Shown piece by piece: positions 51,748 through 64,000 of a stretch of DNA of 64,000 nt (position 1 is the stretch's first letter; each line of letters opens with the position of its first letter). Below the pieces are notes generated by a model that saw only the letters and a list, made by a program, of their open reading frames with translations, searched no databases and was not told the origin of the DNA. This DNA is from an uncultured Clostridia bacterium (GTDB lineage Bacteria > Bacillota > Clostridia > Christensenellales > Borkfalkiaceae): NCBI GenBank assembly GCA_944367465.1, contig CALVWO010000001.1:6758-70757 (forward strand), read 5' to 3'. The translations under genes were made by a program, and so were the position numbers.

Positions 51748-52521
51748 TTAAGCGTGTTCTTTTTTCCAGCGCGCGAGCCGGAAATCGGGCAGGCGACCGT
51801 CGATATTGTCTATCCGGTCGAGCGGGATCCCCACGCGTGCGATCTGCTCCTCGGCGAGGCGGGTATCCCCGATGCGGTCAATGGAGTGCGCGTCGGAATT
51901 GACGACGAACCGCACGCCCGTATCCGCAACGGCGGCGAGCTCCTCATCGGTGAGATGTTGTTTTTTGGAGCTGATCTCGAGATAGGTACCGTAATCGCGG
52001 CATGCCTTTGCCACCTCGACGGGATCGGAAAAACAACAGTAATTGATGTGCGCGAGCACATCGATCGGGTTGCGTTTGATGGCGTTGATGTACGCCTTCG
52101 TCGTAAATTTTACAAGGCTTTTCGAAGGTCTGGCATGCAGTTTGGTGCGCATGAGACTGCCCAACCCCAGCTTGCTGTCGCGCATTTTTTCAAAGTCGAC
52201 GAGCACATGGATCCCCATGACGTAAAGATCGAACAGCTCAAGATCTTTCTCCGTATAATCGCACAGGCCGGACATGCCGCGGAGGTTGTTTTCCAGCCCC
52301 AAGAGCCCCTTCACGCCCGTCTCTGCCTCCGCCGCGCGCAATTCTCTGATATACTGCGGCAGTTTTTTGCGGCGAAGTCCGAAAAAGACATGCGAAAAGC
52401 CGTGCTCCGTGCAACCGATGGCGCTGAGCCCGACTTTTTTTGCCTGCATGAAGTTTTCCATCAGCGTGTTTTTTCCGTCGGAATAGACGGTGTGCGTATG
52501 GTAGTCAGCTGTGAGTTTCAT
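51748..52521 (-). CDS. PHP-domain (histidinol-phosphatase-family) phosphoesterase
   Basis: Contains MKLTADYHTHTVYSDG and VVNSDAHS. Confidence 0.8.
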   Translation of the reverse strand: MKLTADYHTHTVYSDGKNTLMENFMQAKKVGLSAIGCTEHGFSHVFFGLRRKKLPQYIRELRAAEAETGVKGLLGLENNLRGMSGLCDYTEKDLELFDLYVMGIHVLVDFEKMRDSKLGLGSLMRTKLHARPSKSLVKFTTKAYINAIKRNPIDVLAHINYCCFSDPVEVAKACRDYGTYLEISSKKQHLTDEELAAVADTGVRFVVNSDAHSIDRIGDTRLAEEQIARVGIPLDRIDNIDGRLPDFRLARWKKEHA

Positions 52522-52558
52522 ATCGACCTTCTCATGTATATATGTATAAATTAAAATC

Positions 52559-53440
52559 CTATGGAATTTTGCGGAATTCCTCTTTCAGAAGGATGCCCGT
52601 CTGCATTTGTACGCGCGCCTTGACAAGTTCTGCAAGCGCGAGCACGTCGTCGGACGTCCCTCCCTCGTTGAGGAGAAAGTTCGCGTGGAGTTCCGAGACG
52701 CGCGCCCCGCCCACGCGCGTATCTTTGAGTCCGCACCGTTCGATGAGTTCGCCCGCGGAGCATTCCGCCGGATTGACGAACGCACAGCCCATGCTGCGCC
52801 CCTTGGGAAGACATGCGCGCCGCCTGCGGTAAAAACACGCCCGTGAGGCGATCGACGCGGCATCGGAGCGCCTCCCGATGAGATATGCGCCGAGAACGGC
52901 GATGCCTGATTGGAATATGCTCGTCTTTTCGCCGAATCCGCAGTCCGCATGCGAGAGAACGCGAAGTTTCCCGTTCTCGGCGGCAAGCACGCGCGCCGTG
53001 ACGTCGCCAAAATGCAGATCGGCGATCCCGGCGTTCATTGTTATGCCCCCGCCGACGGATGTCGGGATCCCGGAAAGCGGTTCGAATCCGCCGATGCCGT
53101 TCGCCGCAGCAAAAGAGAGCAGTCTGCCCCCCGTCACGCCAGCGCCGGCATAGATCGTCGTTCCCGTCGAGAAAAGCGCACCGAGCGCGCGAAAACGGAC
53201 GACGACGCCCTCAAACCGCCCTTCCGCGGGCAGCACATTCGCCCCCGCGCCGAGAAAGCAATACGGGATCTTCTCTGTAAAGAGATATGCCAGCAATCCT
53301 GCGGCCTGTTCTGCGGATGCCGGCTCTGCGGCAACGGCGGCAGTCCCTCCGCATCCGATCGTGGTGTGCCGCGCGAAAGGAAAATCCTTGGTGAGAGTAA
53401 GTCCGGAAAAATGTTCCCGAAGACGGTCTGCGATATTCAA
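52559..53440 (-). CDS. murB: UDP-N-acetylenolpyruvoylglucosamine reductase
   Basis: 293 aa. Contains TIGCGGTA, GAGANVL, GIPTSVGGGITMNAG and FVNP. Confidence 0.9.
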   Translation of the reverse strand: MNIADRLREHFSGLTLTKDFPFARHTTIGCGGTAAVAAEPASAEQAAGLLAYLFTEKIPYCFLGAGANVLPAEGRFEGVVVRFRALGALFSTGTTIYAGAGVTGGRLLSFAAANGIGGFEPLSGIPTSVGGGITMNAGIADLHFGDVTARVLAAENGKLRVLSHADCGFGEKTSIFQSGIAVLGAYLIGRRSDAASIASRACFYRRRRACLPKGRSMGCAFVNPAECSAGELIERCGLKDTRVGGARVSELHANFLLNEGGTSDDVLALAELVKARVQMQTGILLKEEFRKIP

Positions 53441-53480
53441 AATTTCTCCTATATTATCTTATCATACTTCCAGGTATATT

Positions 53481-54371
53481 TCAAACAGTTTTCAAAAAAT
53501 TCTCTATATTTTTTCGCGGAGCACCCGCGCGCACTGCGGCAAGCAGAGCGGAGAGCGTGCCCTCCTCCGCAAACGCCCCCGTCGTGAACCCCTCCGCGCC
53601 CGCATAAGTGAGCATGCCGATATCGGAAAGCTGGCATTGCACGGCACCCGAACGCAGCGTCTGCACAAAAAATATCGCGTCATCGTAATTCTCCCGCGAG
53701 AGCACCGCAACATACTCGTACAGGTCGCAGAAATTGCCGAGCGCTCTCTCACAGACGGACGCCCCGCGCGCCGCAAAACGGCATTTATCCCGCTGCGTTC
53801 CGAGAAGATACCGATAATCGCCGCCCAGAAAATTCACGTACGCGGAGAGCGAAGCGACCTCCTCGCCCTGTACGTCCGCAAAGTACGCTGCTACGGACGG
53901 AAGATTGTTCCCCCCGACGGAAACCGCGGTCTTCCCCTCCGCATCAAAATCGTCTGTGAGCGAAAACAGGTAGTATTGCCCGCGGCACCACGGGAGCGCG
54001 CGGTCGTCCCCTGCAAACCGTTCGCCGAGGGGAAGGCAGAACTCTGCAAATTCCGCCAGTCCCGTACCGAAGGAAAGCACATCGGGCAGCTCACCGCGAC
54101 TGAGCGCATCGAGCGCTCCTTCCCGCGTGACGCTTTTGACGAGATAGCGTACGTCCTCCAGCTCCCGTTCCGCAAACGCGGCGGCGCGTTTCAGAAAGTT
54201 AGTGCGGGAGCCCTTTCCGCCCTCGAACGTATCGACGTTCCATACCTGCAGGACGCGGATCGCGCCGCTCTCCTCCGCATCCGCGCGCGGATAACAGATC
54301 ACCGCAACGAAAACGGCAATCAGCAAGAGAAACGGGACTGCACGGCGCAGAAAAACAAAAACACCCTTCAT
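53481..54371 (-). CDS. Hypothetical exported/anchored protein
   Basis: 296 aa with an N-terminal hydrophobic segment, AVPFLLLIAVFVAVICY. No family recognised. Confidence 0.5.
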   Translation of the reverse strand: MKGVFVFLRRAVPFLLLIAVFVAVICYPRADAEESGAIRVLQVWNVDTFEGGKGSRTNFLKRAAAFAERELEDVRYLVKSVTREGALDALSRGELPDVLSFGTGLAEFAEFCLPLGERFAGDDRALPWCRGQYYLFSLTDDFDAEGKTAVSVGGNNLPSVAAYFADVQGEEVASLSAYVNFLGGDYRYLLGTQRDKCRFAARGASVCERALGNFCDLYEYVAVLSRENYDDAIFFVQTLRSGAVQCQLSDIGMLTYAGAEGFTTGAFAEEGTLSALLAAVRAGAPRKNIENFLKTV

Positions 54372-54613
54372 CTGTTTAATATATGCTCGGTCGCCCGAGC
54401 GCTATTCCCGCCGAGTTTCCCGCAAAAAACAGTTCGGGAGGAGCGACAGCCCCTCCCGCAGTCCTTCCGTACGCACGGCGCGCGAAAAGACCTATATCGT
54501 AAAGCGCGCCGCGCATAGTGCTGCGACACACTGCAAAAGCAGTCTTTGCCATGTACGGAGGATTATGCGCGCTGCAAAAAAAAGAGAGGGTCACCCCTCT
54601 CCCGTCTGCACGT

Positions 54614-54769
54614 TCAGGAACGCTTGCAGAAGCTGTCGCAGCAAGTGCAGTGCTCGCAGTCGCAGGTGTTTCCGACGTGAATGGTCGTGAGCTCGCAGTG
54701 CATGCCGTCGCGGTTGTACTTGCAGTCAGTCACCCCGCAGGAGACGCCGCTGTTGATTGCGTTTTGCAT
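54614..54769 (-). CDS. DUF1540-like small Cys-rich protein (51 aa), not in the ORF track
   Basis: Hand translation gives MQNAINSGVSCGVTDCKYNRDGMHCELTTIHVGNTCDCEHCTCCDSFCKRS. Strong RBS GGAGGTAACAAT lies before the ATG at 54769. Confidence 0.7.
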   Translation of the reverse strand: MQNAINSGVSCGVTDCKYNRDGMHCELTTIHVGNTCDCEHCTCCDSFCKRS

Positions 54770-54882
54770 ATTGTTACCTCCTTATCTGCCGTCAGTATGC
54801 GTAAAAATCACGAAAATATCGGAAACGCCATTGACAAACCGCTTTTTTCCCTGTAAAATAGAGGTATCCAAGGAGGTCATAT

Positions 54883-55329
54883 ATGAAAGTTATTTTAAAG
54901 GCGGACGTGAAAGGCAGCGGCAAAAAGGGAGACATCATCGAAGTCTCGGACGGCTACGCCAGAAATTTCCTCCTCAAAAAAGGGCTTGCGGAGATCGCAA
55001 CCGCGGGCGGCATCAATGAAGCGCAGCAGCGCCGCACGGCGGACGCTTACCATAAAGCGGAAAACGAGAAAGCACTCCGCGAGCAGGCGAAAGAACTCAA
55101 CGGAAAACAGGTGACGCTTTCCATCCGTACAGGCGAGAACGGGCGCGTATTCGGCTCGGTCACGACGGCGCAGATCGCCGCAGCCCTCTCCGAAATGGGC
55201 TATGAAGTCGATAAGAAAAAGATCTCGACGAAGGAAGCCATCAAGACGGTCGGTCTGTTCGACGCGGAGATCCGTCTGATGGAGGGCGTTACGGCAAAAG
55301 TTATCGTGAACGTTGTTCCGATGGCATGA
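54883..55329 (+). CDS. rplI: 50S ribosomal protein L9
   Basis: [36 protein letters not shown]. Confidence 0.95.
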   Translation: MKVILKADVKGSGKKGDIIEVSDGYARNFLLKKGLAEIATAGGINEAQQRRTADAYHKAENEKALREQAKELNGKQVTLSIRTGENGRVFGSVTTAQIAAALSEMGYEVDKKKISTKEAIKTVGLFDAEIRLMEGVTAKVIVNVVPMA

Positions 55330-55375
55330 CCGCTACATTTTATATGAATCAGATTATATGAATCAGAAATCATAA

Positions 55376-55411
55376 AAACCCACCCGCTTTATTAGCGGAT
55401 GGGTTTTTTCT
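55376..55411. terminator. Bidirectional Rho-independent terminator between rplI and the hydrogenase gene
   Basis: AAAAACCCACCCGC, loop, GCGGATGGGTTTTTT. An A-run precedes it and a T-run follows. Confidence 0.7.
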
Positions 55412-55489
55412 ATGCTTTTCCCTATAATATGACAGAATTAGTCCTATTATTTCAGACATAGTACATTGTACGATGCCTAAAAACGCATT

Positions 55490-56998
55490 TTATGGCAACT
55501 GGATCTCGTAAAGATCCTTCTCGGGAAGTTTCTTGGTGGAATCCGAAACGAAGCGACGGAGTTCCGAAGCACCCTTTTCGGGAGCAGCATTCACGCCGGC
55601 GCCTGCGACGCATCCGCCGGGGCAGCCCATGCCCTCGATCAGGCAGCCGTTCTTCTTCCCGAGTTTGGCGAGCAGCAGGATCTTCTTGCACTCCTCGAGC
55701 CCTTCCGCATGTTCGATCTTGACTTCCACATCGGGATAATACTCCTGAATGCACGCGCCGACCGCTGCCGCAACGCCGCCTGCAACGCCGTAACCGCGCC
55801 CGGCTGCTGTTGCGTCGTGGATGGGATCCTCTTTACCGTAGGTTGTAAAATCGATCCCCTTCGCCTCGAAAATCGCAGCGAGTTCCTCGAACGTGATGAC
55901 AAAATCGACGTCGCTGCGCACGGTGCGCCGGCGCGCTTCGAGCTTCTTGGCGGCACAGGGTCCGATAAAGACGACACGGGAATTGGGACGGAGCTGCTTA
56001 ATGGAACGCGAGGTCGCTACCATGGGCGTAAGCGCGCTGGAAACCTTGTCCACCATATCGGGGAACTGCAACTTTGCGAGCATGCTCCATGCGGGGCAGC
56101 AGGACGTGAGCAGGAACGGAAGTTTACCCGTTGCGACTTCCGTGGCATAGTGATGCGCCTCGGTCGCCGCGCCGACGTCTGCGCCGTGCGCAACTTCATA
56201 GACTTCCTTGAAACCGATATCTTTGAGCGCCGCCTTGATCTTCCAGAGCGTTACGTTGGGGCCGAACTGACCGACGATGGAAGGCGCAACTTCCGCAACG
56301 ACTTCGTCGCCCTTTTTGATCGCGCGGATCAGCTGGAAGATCTGCGATTTATCGGCGATCGCGCCGAACGGACAGCTGACCATGCACTGACCGCACCCGA
56401 CGCACTTTTTGGGATCGATGCTCGCACGCCCGAGACCGTCGCTCGAGATCGCCTTTACGCCGCACGCCTGCGCGCACGGACGCGTTCTGTGCGCGATCGC
56501 CTCGTAAGGGCAAGCTGCCTTGCACTTGCCGCACTTGATGCACTTGTTCTGGTCGATGACGGCTTTTCCCGTTTTGCTGTCCACGGAGATCGCGCCCTTG
56601 GGGCAGACCGTCATGCAATAGCGCGCAACACAGCCGCGGCACTGATCGCTGACTTCGTACTTATTTTCTTCGCATCTGTCGCATGCCGAAGGAATGACCT
56701 GCATGAGCGGCGGTTCGTAATAACTGTCGGAAATGTTGCTCGCATTCAGCCCGTTCGTGATATGGGCGGGACGATCCTGCGGATTGAGCGACATACCCAT
56801 CGCAAGGCGGACACGTTCGGAGGCGATGGCGCGCTCACGATAAATGCTCTCGCGGTACATCGGCGTCTCCGTCGGCGTGATCTTGTAAGGGATCTCTTCC
56901 AGATCGCTCGCCACATTTTCCGATTCGAATGCAACTTTTGCGACCTCGACGAAGACCTGCCGTCTCAGCTTTTTGACAGAAGTTTCCAGACCTCTCAT
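55490..56998 (-). CDS. [FeFe]-hydrogenase-family protein with an N-terminal ferredoxin-like cluster domain
   Basis: H-cluster motifs TSCCPAWS (L1), GPCAAKKLE (L2) and GMGCPGGCVAG (L3). Several CxxCxxCxxxCP motifs. Confidence 0.8.
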   Translation of the reverse strand: MRGLETSVKKLRRQVFVEVAKVAFESENVASDLEEIPYKITPTETPMYRESIYRERAIASERVRLAMGMSLNPQDRPAHITNGLNASNISDSYYEPPLMQVIPSACDRCEENKYEVSDQCRGCVARYCMTVCPKGAISVDSKTGKAVIDQNKCIKCGKCKAACPYEAIAHRTRPCAQACGVKAISSDGLGRASIDPKKCVGCGQCMVSCPFGAIADKSQIFQLIRAIKKGDEVVAEVAPSIVGQFGPNVTLWKIKAALKDIGFKEVYEVAHGADVGAATEAHHYATEVATGKLPFLLTSCCPAWSMLAKLQFPDMVDKVSSALTPMVATSRSIKQLRPNSRVVFIGPCAAKKLEARRRTVRSDVDFVITFEELAAIFEAKGIDFTTYGKEDPIHDATAAGRGYGVAGGVAAAVGACIQEYYPDVEVKIEHAEGLEECKKILLLAKLGKKNGCLIEGMGCPGGCVAGAGVNAAPEKGASELRRFVSDSTKKLPEKDLYEIQLP

Positions 56999-57078
56999 TC
57001 TCTTCTTTCCTCTCTCCTTGAATTATATCGGAATAAGGGCAAGGTTTCGCCCTGCCCTCATCCCTATTTTTTTGTATC

Positions 57079-59706
57079 TTATTTCTTCTTGCGGTTGGAA
57101 CGGCCGTAGTATGCGTTAAGGTACATCTCCTTGATCTCGCTCATGAGCGGATAACGAGGGTTCGCACCCGTGCACTGATCGTCGAACGCGTCCTCGGTCA
57201 TCTGATCGAGACGGGCAAGGAACTGCTCTTCCGTGACCTTGTCGCGGAGGGCTTCCTTGATCGTCTTGGGCTGACCGATCGCCTCCTGGAGCTCCTTGAG
57301 CTTCTTGATGAGCGCTTCGACAAGCTCGTCGTCGTTCTTGCCCTTGAGCCCGACGTAACGGGCAACATCGGCATAGCGCGCCTTGCACTGAGGATAAGCA
57401 TACTGCGGGAAGGTACCCATCTTGGTAGGCTGCTCGGCGCTATTGAAGCGGATGACCTCTTCAAGCATGAGCGAGTTCGCCATACCGTGAGGGATGTGCC
57501 AGTAAGAACCGAGCTTGTGCGCCATGGAGTGGCAGACGCCGAGGAATGCGTTTGCGAACGCCATACCTGCCATCGTTGCCGCATTTGCCATGCGCTCACG
57601 CGCCTCTGCATCATGCGCGCCCTTCTCGTATGCAGCGGGCAGATACTCGAAGATAAGTTTTGCCGCTTCCTTCGCGATGCCGTTGGTGAAGTCGGTCGCC
57701 ATGACAGACGCGATCGCCTCGAGCGCGTGGCTCATAGCGTCGATACCCGAGCAGGATGTAAGTCCCTTGGGGATGTTCATCATGAGGTCGGAATCGACGA
57801 TCGCCATATCGGGCATGAGCTCGTAATCTGCAAGCGGATACTTCGTACCCGTCTTTTCATCGGTGATGACCGCGAAAGGCGTAACTTCCGAACCGGTACC
57901 TGCCGTCGTGGGGATCGCAACGAAGAGCGCCTTGTCGCCCATGTGCGGGAAGGTATAGACGCGCTTACGGATATCCATGAAGCGCATTGCCATATCCTGG
58001 AAGTCCACTTCGGGGTGCTCATACATCACCCACATGATCTTTGCAGCGTCCATAGGAGAACCGCCGCCGATCGCAATGATGACGTCGGGTCCGAAATCGC
58101 GCATCTGCTTGACGCCCTCGTTCGCGCATGCGAGCGTAGGATCGGGCGTGACGTTGAAGAAAGTGGAGTGCATGATGCCCTCTGCATCGAGAATATCGGT
58201 GATCTTCTTGGTGAAGCCGCTCTGATACAGGAAACCATCCGTAACGATGAAAGCCTTCTTCTTGTTATAGACCTGCTTGCCCAGCTCTTTGAGAGCGACG
58301 CCGAGGCAGCCGCGCTTGAAATAAACCTTTTCGGGTGCTCTGAACCACAACATATTTTCCTTCCTCTCCGCAACAGTCTTGATATTGATGAGGTGCTTGA
58401 CGCCGACGTTCTCGGAGACGGAGTTGCCGCCCCACGAACCGCAGCCCAGCGTGAGTGACGGGGGCATCTTGAAGTTGTAAAGATCGCCGATGCCGCCCTG
58501 CGAGGAAGGCGTGTTGATAACGATACGGCAGGTCTTCATGATGGAGCGGAAGTACGCAATCTTGTCTGCGCCCGTCTCGACGTTGATATAGAGCGAGGAG
58601 GTATGACCCAGACCGCCGTCTTTGATGAGCCTGTCCGCCTTGGAGACAGCCTCTTCGAACGTCTCCGCCTTGTACATTGCAAGGACGGGAGAGAGTTTCT
58701 CGTGCGCGAACTCCTCGGAAAGTTCGACGGACTCCACTTCACCGACGAGAACTTTGCTGCCGGCGGGCGCCTTGAATCCGGAGAGCTCCGCGATCGTGCA
58801 TGCGCTCTGACCGACGATCTTGGCGTTGAGCGCGCCGTTGATGATGATGGTCTTTCTGACTTTTTCCGTCTCTTCGGGAGTCAGGAAGTATGCGCCGCGA
58901 AGCTGCATCTCCTTCTTGAACTCGTCGTACACGTCCGCGAGAACAATGGTCGACTGCTCGGACGCGCAGATCATGCCGTTATCGAACGTTTTGGAGTGCA
59001 GGATGGACGAAGCCGCGAGCTTGATATCCGCGGAGGAATCGATGATCGCGGGCGTGTTGCCGGCACCGACGCCGAGCGCGGGTTTGCCGGACGAATAAGC
59101 CGCCTTGACCATGCCGGGACCGCCCGTAGCAAGGATCATATCCGCCTCGCGCATGATCATGCCGGAGAGCGGAACGGTGGGCTGATCGATCCAGCCGATG
59201 ATATCTTCGGGTGCGCCCGCCGCAACGGCAGCCTCGAGGACGACCTTTGCCGCCTCAATGGTGCACTTCTTCGCGCGGGGGTGAGGCGAGATGATGAGAC
59301 CGTTTCTCGTCTTTAAGCAGATGAGCGATTTGAAGATCGCCGTGGACGTGGGATTGGTCGTAGGAATGACCGCAGCAAGCACGCCGACGGGCTCCGCAAT
59401 GCGCGTAAGGCCGAAACCTTCGTCGCGCTCGATGACGCCACAGGTCTTGGTGTCCTTATAGGCGTTGTAGATATACTCTGCCGCATAGTGGTTCTTGATG
59501 ACCTTGTCTTCGACGACGCCCATGCCCGTCTCTTCCACTGCCATCTTTGCGAGAGGAATACGCATCTTGTTCGCAGCGACTGCCGCTGCAAAGAAGATCT
59601 TGTCGACCTGCTCCTGCGTGTAGGTCGCAAACTTCTCCTGTGCCGCTCTGACGCGTGCAAGCATCTTGGCGAGCGATTCCTCATCGTTGACGATGAAATC
59701 CTTCAT
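57079..59706 (-). CDS. adhE: Bifunctional acetaldehyde-CoA/alcohol dehydrogenase
   Basis: 875 aa with an ALDH N-terminal half and an Fe-ADH C-terminal half (GGGSPMDAAK, HSMAHKLG). Confidence 0.95.
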   Translation of the reverse strand: MKDFIVNDEESLAKMLARVRAAQEKFATYTQEQVDKIFFAAAVAANKMRIPLAKMAVEETGMGVVEDKVIKNHYAAEYIYNAYKDTKTCGVIERDEGFGLTRIAEPVGVLAAVIPTTNPTSTAIFKSLICLKTRNGLIISPHPRAKKCTIEAAKVVLEAAVAAGAPEDIIGWIDQPTVPLSGMIMREADMILATGGPGMVKAAYSSGKPALGVGAGNTPAIIDSSADIKLAASSILHSKTFDNGMICASEQSTIVLADVYDEFKKEMQLRGAYFLTPEETEKVRKTIIINGALNAKIVGQSACTIAELSGFKAPAGSKVLVGEVESVELSEEFAHEKLSPVLAMYKAETFEEAVSKADRLIKDGGLGHTSSLYINVETGADKIAYFRSIMKTCRIVINTPSSQGGIGDLYNFKMPPSLTLGCGSWGGNSVSENVGVKHLINIKTVAERKENMLWFRAPEKVYFKRGCLGVALKELGKQVYNKKKAFIVTDGFLYQSGFTKKITDILDAEGIMHSTFFNVTPDPTLACANEGVKQMRDFGPDVIIAIGGGSPMDAAKIMWVMYEHPEVDFQDMAMRFMDIRKRVYTFPHMGDKALFVAIPTTAGTGSEVTPFAVITDEKTGTKYPLADYELMPDMAIVDSDLMMNIPKGLTSCSGIDAMSHALEAIASVMATDFTNGIAKEAAKLIFEYLPAAYEKGAHDAEARERMANAATMAGMAFANAFLGVCHSMAHKLGSYWHIPHGMANSLMLEEVIRFNSAEQPTKMGTFPQYAYPQCKARYADVARYVGLKGKNDDELVEALIKKLKELQEAIGQPKTIKEALRDKVTEEQFLARLDQMTEDAFDDQCTGANPRYPLMSEIKEMYLNAYYGRSNRKKK

Positions 59707-59732
59707 GTTCTACCTCCGTTTTGATCTCCCTG

Positions 59733-60371
59733 CTATATTTGATCTCCGGCACTCTCGCCGCACAGAGCGGCGAGCGATACCGCCAAATCCTCATATCTTA
59801 CCGTGACCCCTTCCGGCACGTGCAGATGCACGGGCGCGAAATTCAGGATCGCCTTTATCCCCACCGCCACGATCTCATCGCATGCCTCCTGCGCGGCAGC
59901 GCGCGGCACCGTAAGGATGGCGACGCGAATGCCGTTGCGCCTGGCAATATCCGGCAGCTGCTCCATGGGATAGACGGGCTTTCCGCCCACCGCCCCCACT
60001 TTTGCAGGCGACGCGTCGAACGCCGCGATGACGTGGATCCCGTAATTTTCAAATCCTTCGTAGGCAAGGATCGCCCTGCCGAGCCCGCCGGCGCCGATGA
60101 TGACGGCATTCGTCCAGCGGTGGTACCCTAAAAATTTCTCGATATCTTCGATGAGAAGCCTGATCTCGAACCCGAACCTCGGTTTCCCGGGACGGGAAGA
60201 CACGAGCGCAAGATCTTTGCGGACGCCGACTGCCGAGAGCCCCAGATCTTTTGCGATCGCCGCAGAGGAAACGTACTCGACGCCTTTGCCCGCCTCTCCT
60301 TTGAGATAGCGAAGATACGCGGGCATGCGGGAAACGGTCGCTTTGGATACCGCTGTTTCACCGTTTTTCAT
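59733..60371 (-). CDS. rex: Redox-sensing transcriptional repressor Rex
   Basis: Contains VSRMPAYLRYL and IIGAGGLGRAI. Lies 26 nt upstream of adhE. Confidence 0.9.
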   Translation of the reverse strand: MKNGETAVSKATVSRMPAYLRYLKGEAGKGVEYVSSAAIAKDLGLSAVGVRKDLALVSSRPGKPRFGFEIRLLIEDIEKFLGYHRWTNAVIIGAGGLGRAILAYEGFENYGIHVIAAFDASPAKVGAVGGKPVYPMEQLPDIARRNGIRVAILTVPRAAAQEACDEIVAVGIKAILNFAPVHLHVPEGVTVRYEDLAVSLAALCGESAGDQI

Positions 60372-60560
60372 GCCGCCCCTCTTCCGACTGCCGCGGCAAC
60401 ATTGCCGTCCGCATAATCGATAAATTTTTATCGATTATTATTTTACCAAATTTTCGGCCGTATGTCAACTGTTTGAAAGCATTTTTTTCGGCTGCGGAAC
60501 TTTTTCGCCGGCGCCCCTTATATACATTATAATATAAAAGAAAAATTTTTCAAGAGGTAT

Positions 60561-60592
60561 GAAAAAAATTCCGCGCAATGCGCGGAATTTTT

Positions 60593-60596
<4 letters not shown>
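60561..60596 (-). terminator. valS terminator (symmetrical, A-run/T-run on both sides)
   Basis: AAAAAAATTCCGCGC, loop AAT, GCGCGGAATTTTTTT, immediately after the valS stop. Confidence 0.75.
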
Positions 60597-63223
<2,627 letters not shown>

Positions 63224-63401
63224 GATCTTCTCTTCTTACAAAAATATCGCGTGCAGTCAAGTTCCGCGACCGGACAGCCGATTTTCTGCCCATTTTATAC
63301 GGAAGCATTATAAACGATTTTTCCCGCGTTGTCAATTATTCCTCGCCGGGCATAACATATATTATTCCCTAAATTTTGATCAGGAGGTCATGGTCATTAC
63401 C

Positions 63402-64000
63402 ATGAAAAAAATTTTGGCATCTCTGGGAGCGGCGGTATTCGCCCTTCTCCCCCTCTCCGCCTGCGGCGGAAACGACGACGGCACGGTCACGCTGAAGATA
63501 AACGAAGTGACCCACTCCGTCTTTTATGCGCCCATGTATCTTGCGGATTCCCTCGGTTATTTTGAGGAAGAAGGCATCTACGTCGAGCTGACGAACGGCG
63601 GAGGCGCGGACGCCGTGATGGCGGCAGTGCTCTCGGGCGACGCGGACATCGGCTTCTGCGGCCCCGAGGCGGCGATCTATGTACAGCTCGGCGGTTCGAA
63701 CGATCTTCCGACCGTATTCGGCCAGCTCACCAAACGCGACGGTTCCTTTCTCGTCGGGCGCGAACCCGAACCGGATTTCACATGGGAGAGCCTCAAAGGC
63801 AAGGAGATCCTTGCAGGCAGGAAGGGCGGCGTCCCCGCGATGACCTTCGAATACATCCTCCGCGAACACGGGTTCCGTGACGAGGACATCGACCTCAACT
63901 TCGACGTTGCCTTCAATCTGATGACGGGCGCCTTCGAGGCGGGCACTGCGGATTACTGCACGATGTTCGAGCCCGTCGCGTCCGAATATCAGGCGGCGGG
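63402..64000 (+). CDS. ABC transporter substrate-binding lipoprotein (NMT1/THI5-like, nitrate/sulfonate/bicarbonate type), 5' part; runs off the window end
   Basis: MKKILASLGAAVFALLPLSACGG lipobox. Contains THSVFYAPMYLA. An alternative in-frame ATG lies at 63390. Confidence 0.75.
   Translation, partial: MKKILASLGAAVFALLPLSACGGNDDGTVTLKINEVTHSVFYAPMYLADSLGYFEEEGIYVELTNGGGADAVMAAVLSGDADIGFCGPEAAIYVQLGGSNDLPTVFGQLTKRDGSFLVGREPEPDFTWESLKGKEILAGRKGGVPAMTFEYILREHGFRDEDIDLNFDVAFNLMTGAFEAGTADYCTMFEPVASEYQAA

Noticed and set aside
55709-57109. 466-aa plus-strand ORF
   Set aside because: It is antisense to the hydrogenase gene and looks like a shadow ORF.
63224-63401. Expected T-box leader upstream of valS
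   Set aside because: The intergenic region is only about 170 nt. I found no T-box core (the reverse complement of AANNNGGGTGGTACCGCG) or specifier-loop arrangement.

Overview
By eye this is a GC-rich, Clostridia-like chromosome segment. The evidence is an rnfCDGEAB operon, whiA, nrdDG, rex-adhE, an [FeFe]-hydrogenase, dnaE, polA and valS. Coding density is high. Many of the long ORFs in the track are antisense shadows of real genes.

The housekeeping backbone covers 1-16.9 kb and 35.3-64 kb. It is interrupted by an 18.3-kb integrated element (16939-35340) inserted into a tRNA-Leu(CAA) gene. A 93-bp perfect direct repeat bounds the element: an intact tRNA at the left end and a 3' tRNA fragment at the right end.

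The element carries:
- a tyrosine integrase
- an MNT/HEPN-type pair
- several XRE regulators, with two repeat-rich switch regions
- a winged-helix replication-type protein
- a 19-gene minus-strand operon

In that operon I could not recognise any tailed-phage hallmark (terminase, portal, capsid, tail, lysin) or any conjugation hallmark. It encodes mostly membrane-anchored or secreted proteins, three very basic small proteins and a Zot/pI-like P-loop NTPase. A 151-nt imperfect hairpin follows the NTPase gene. I regard this as the best candidate for an undescribed system: a non-tailed temperate virus (filamentous-like or pleomorphic/membrane-containing) or a new kind of transfer element.

Other points of note:
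- a class-II tRNA-Leu that I fold with an AAG (A34) anticodon
- NrdR-type boxes upstream of nrdD
- a CobW-type GTPase pair with a His/Cys-rich tract
- an unlisted 51-aa Cys-rich ORF next to the hydrogenase

All functional calls come from motif recognition by eye. No database search was run.
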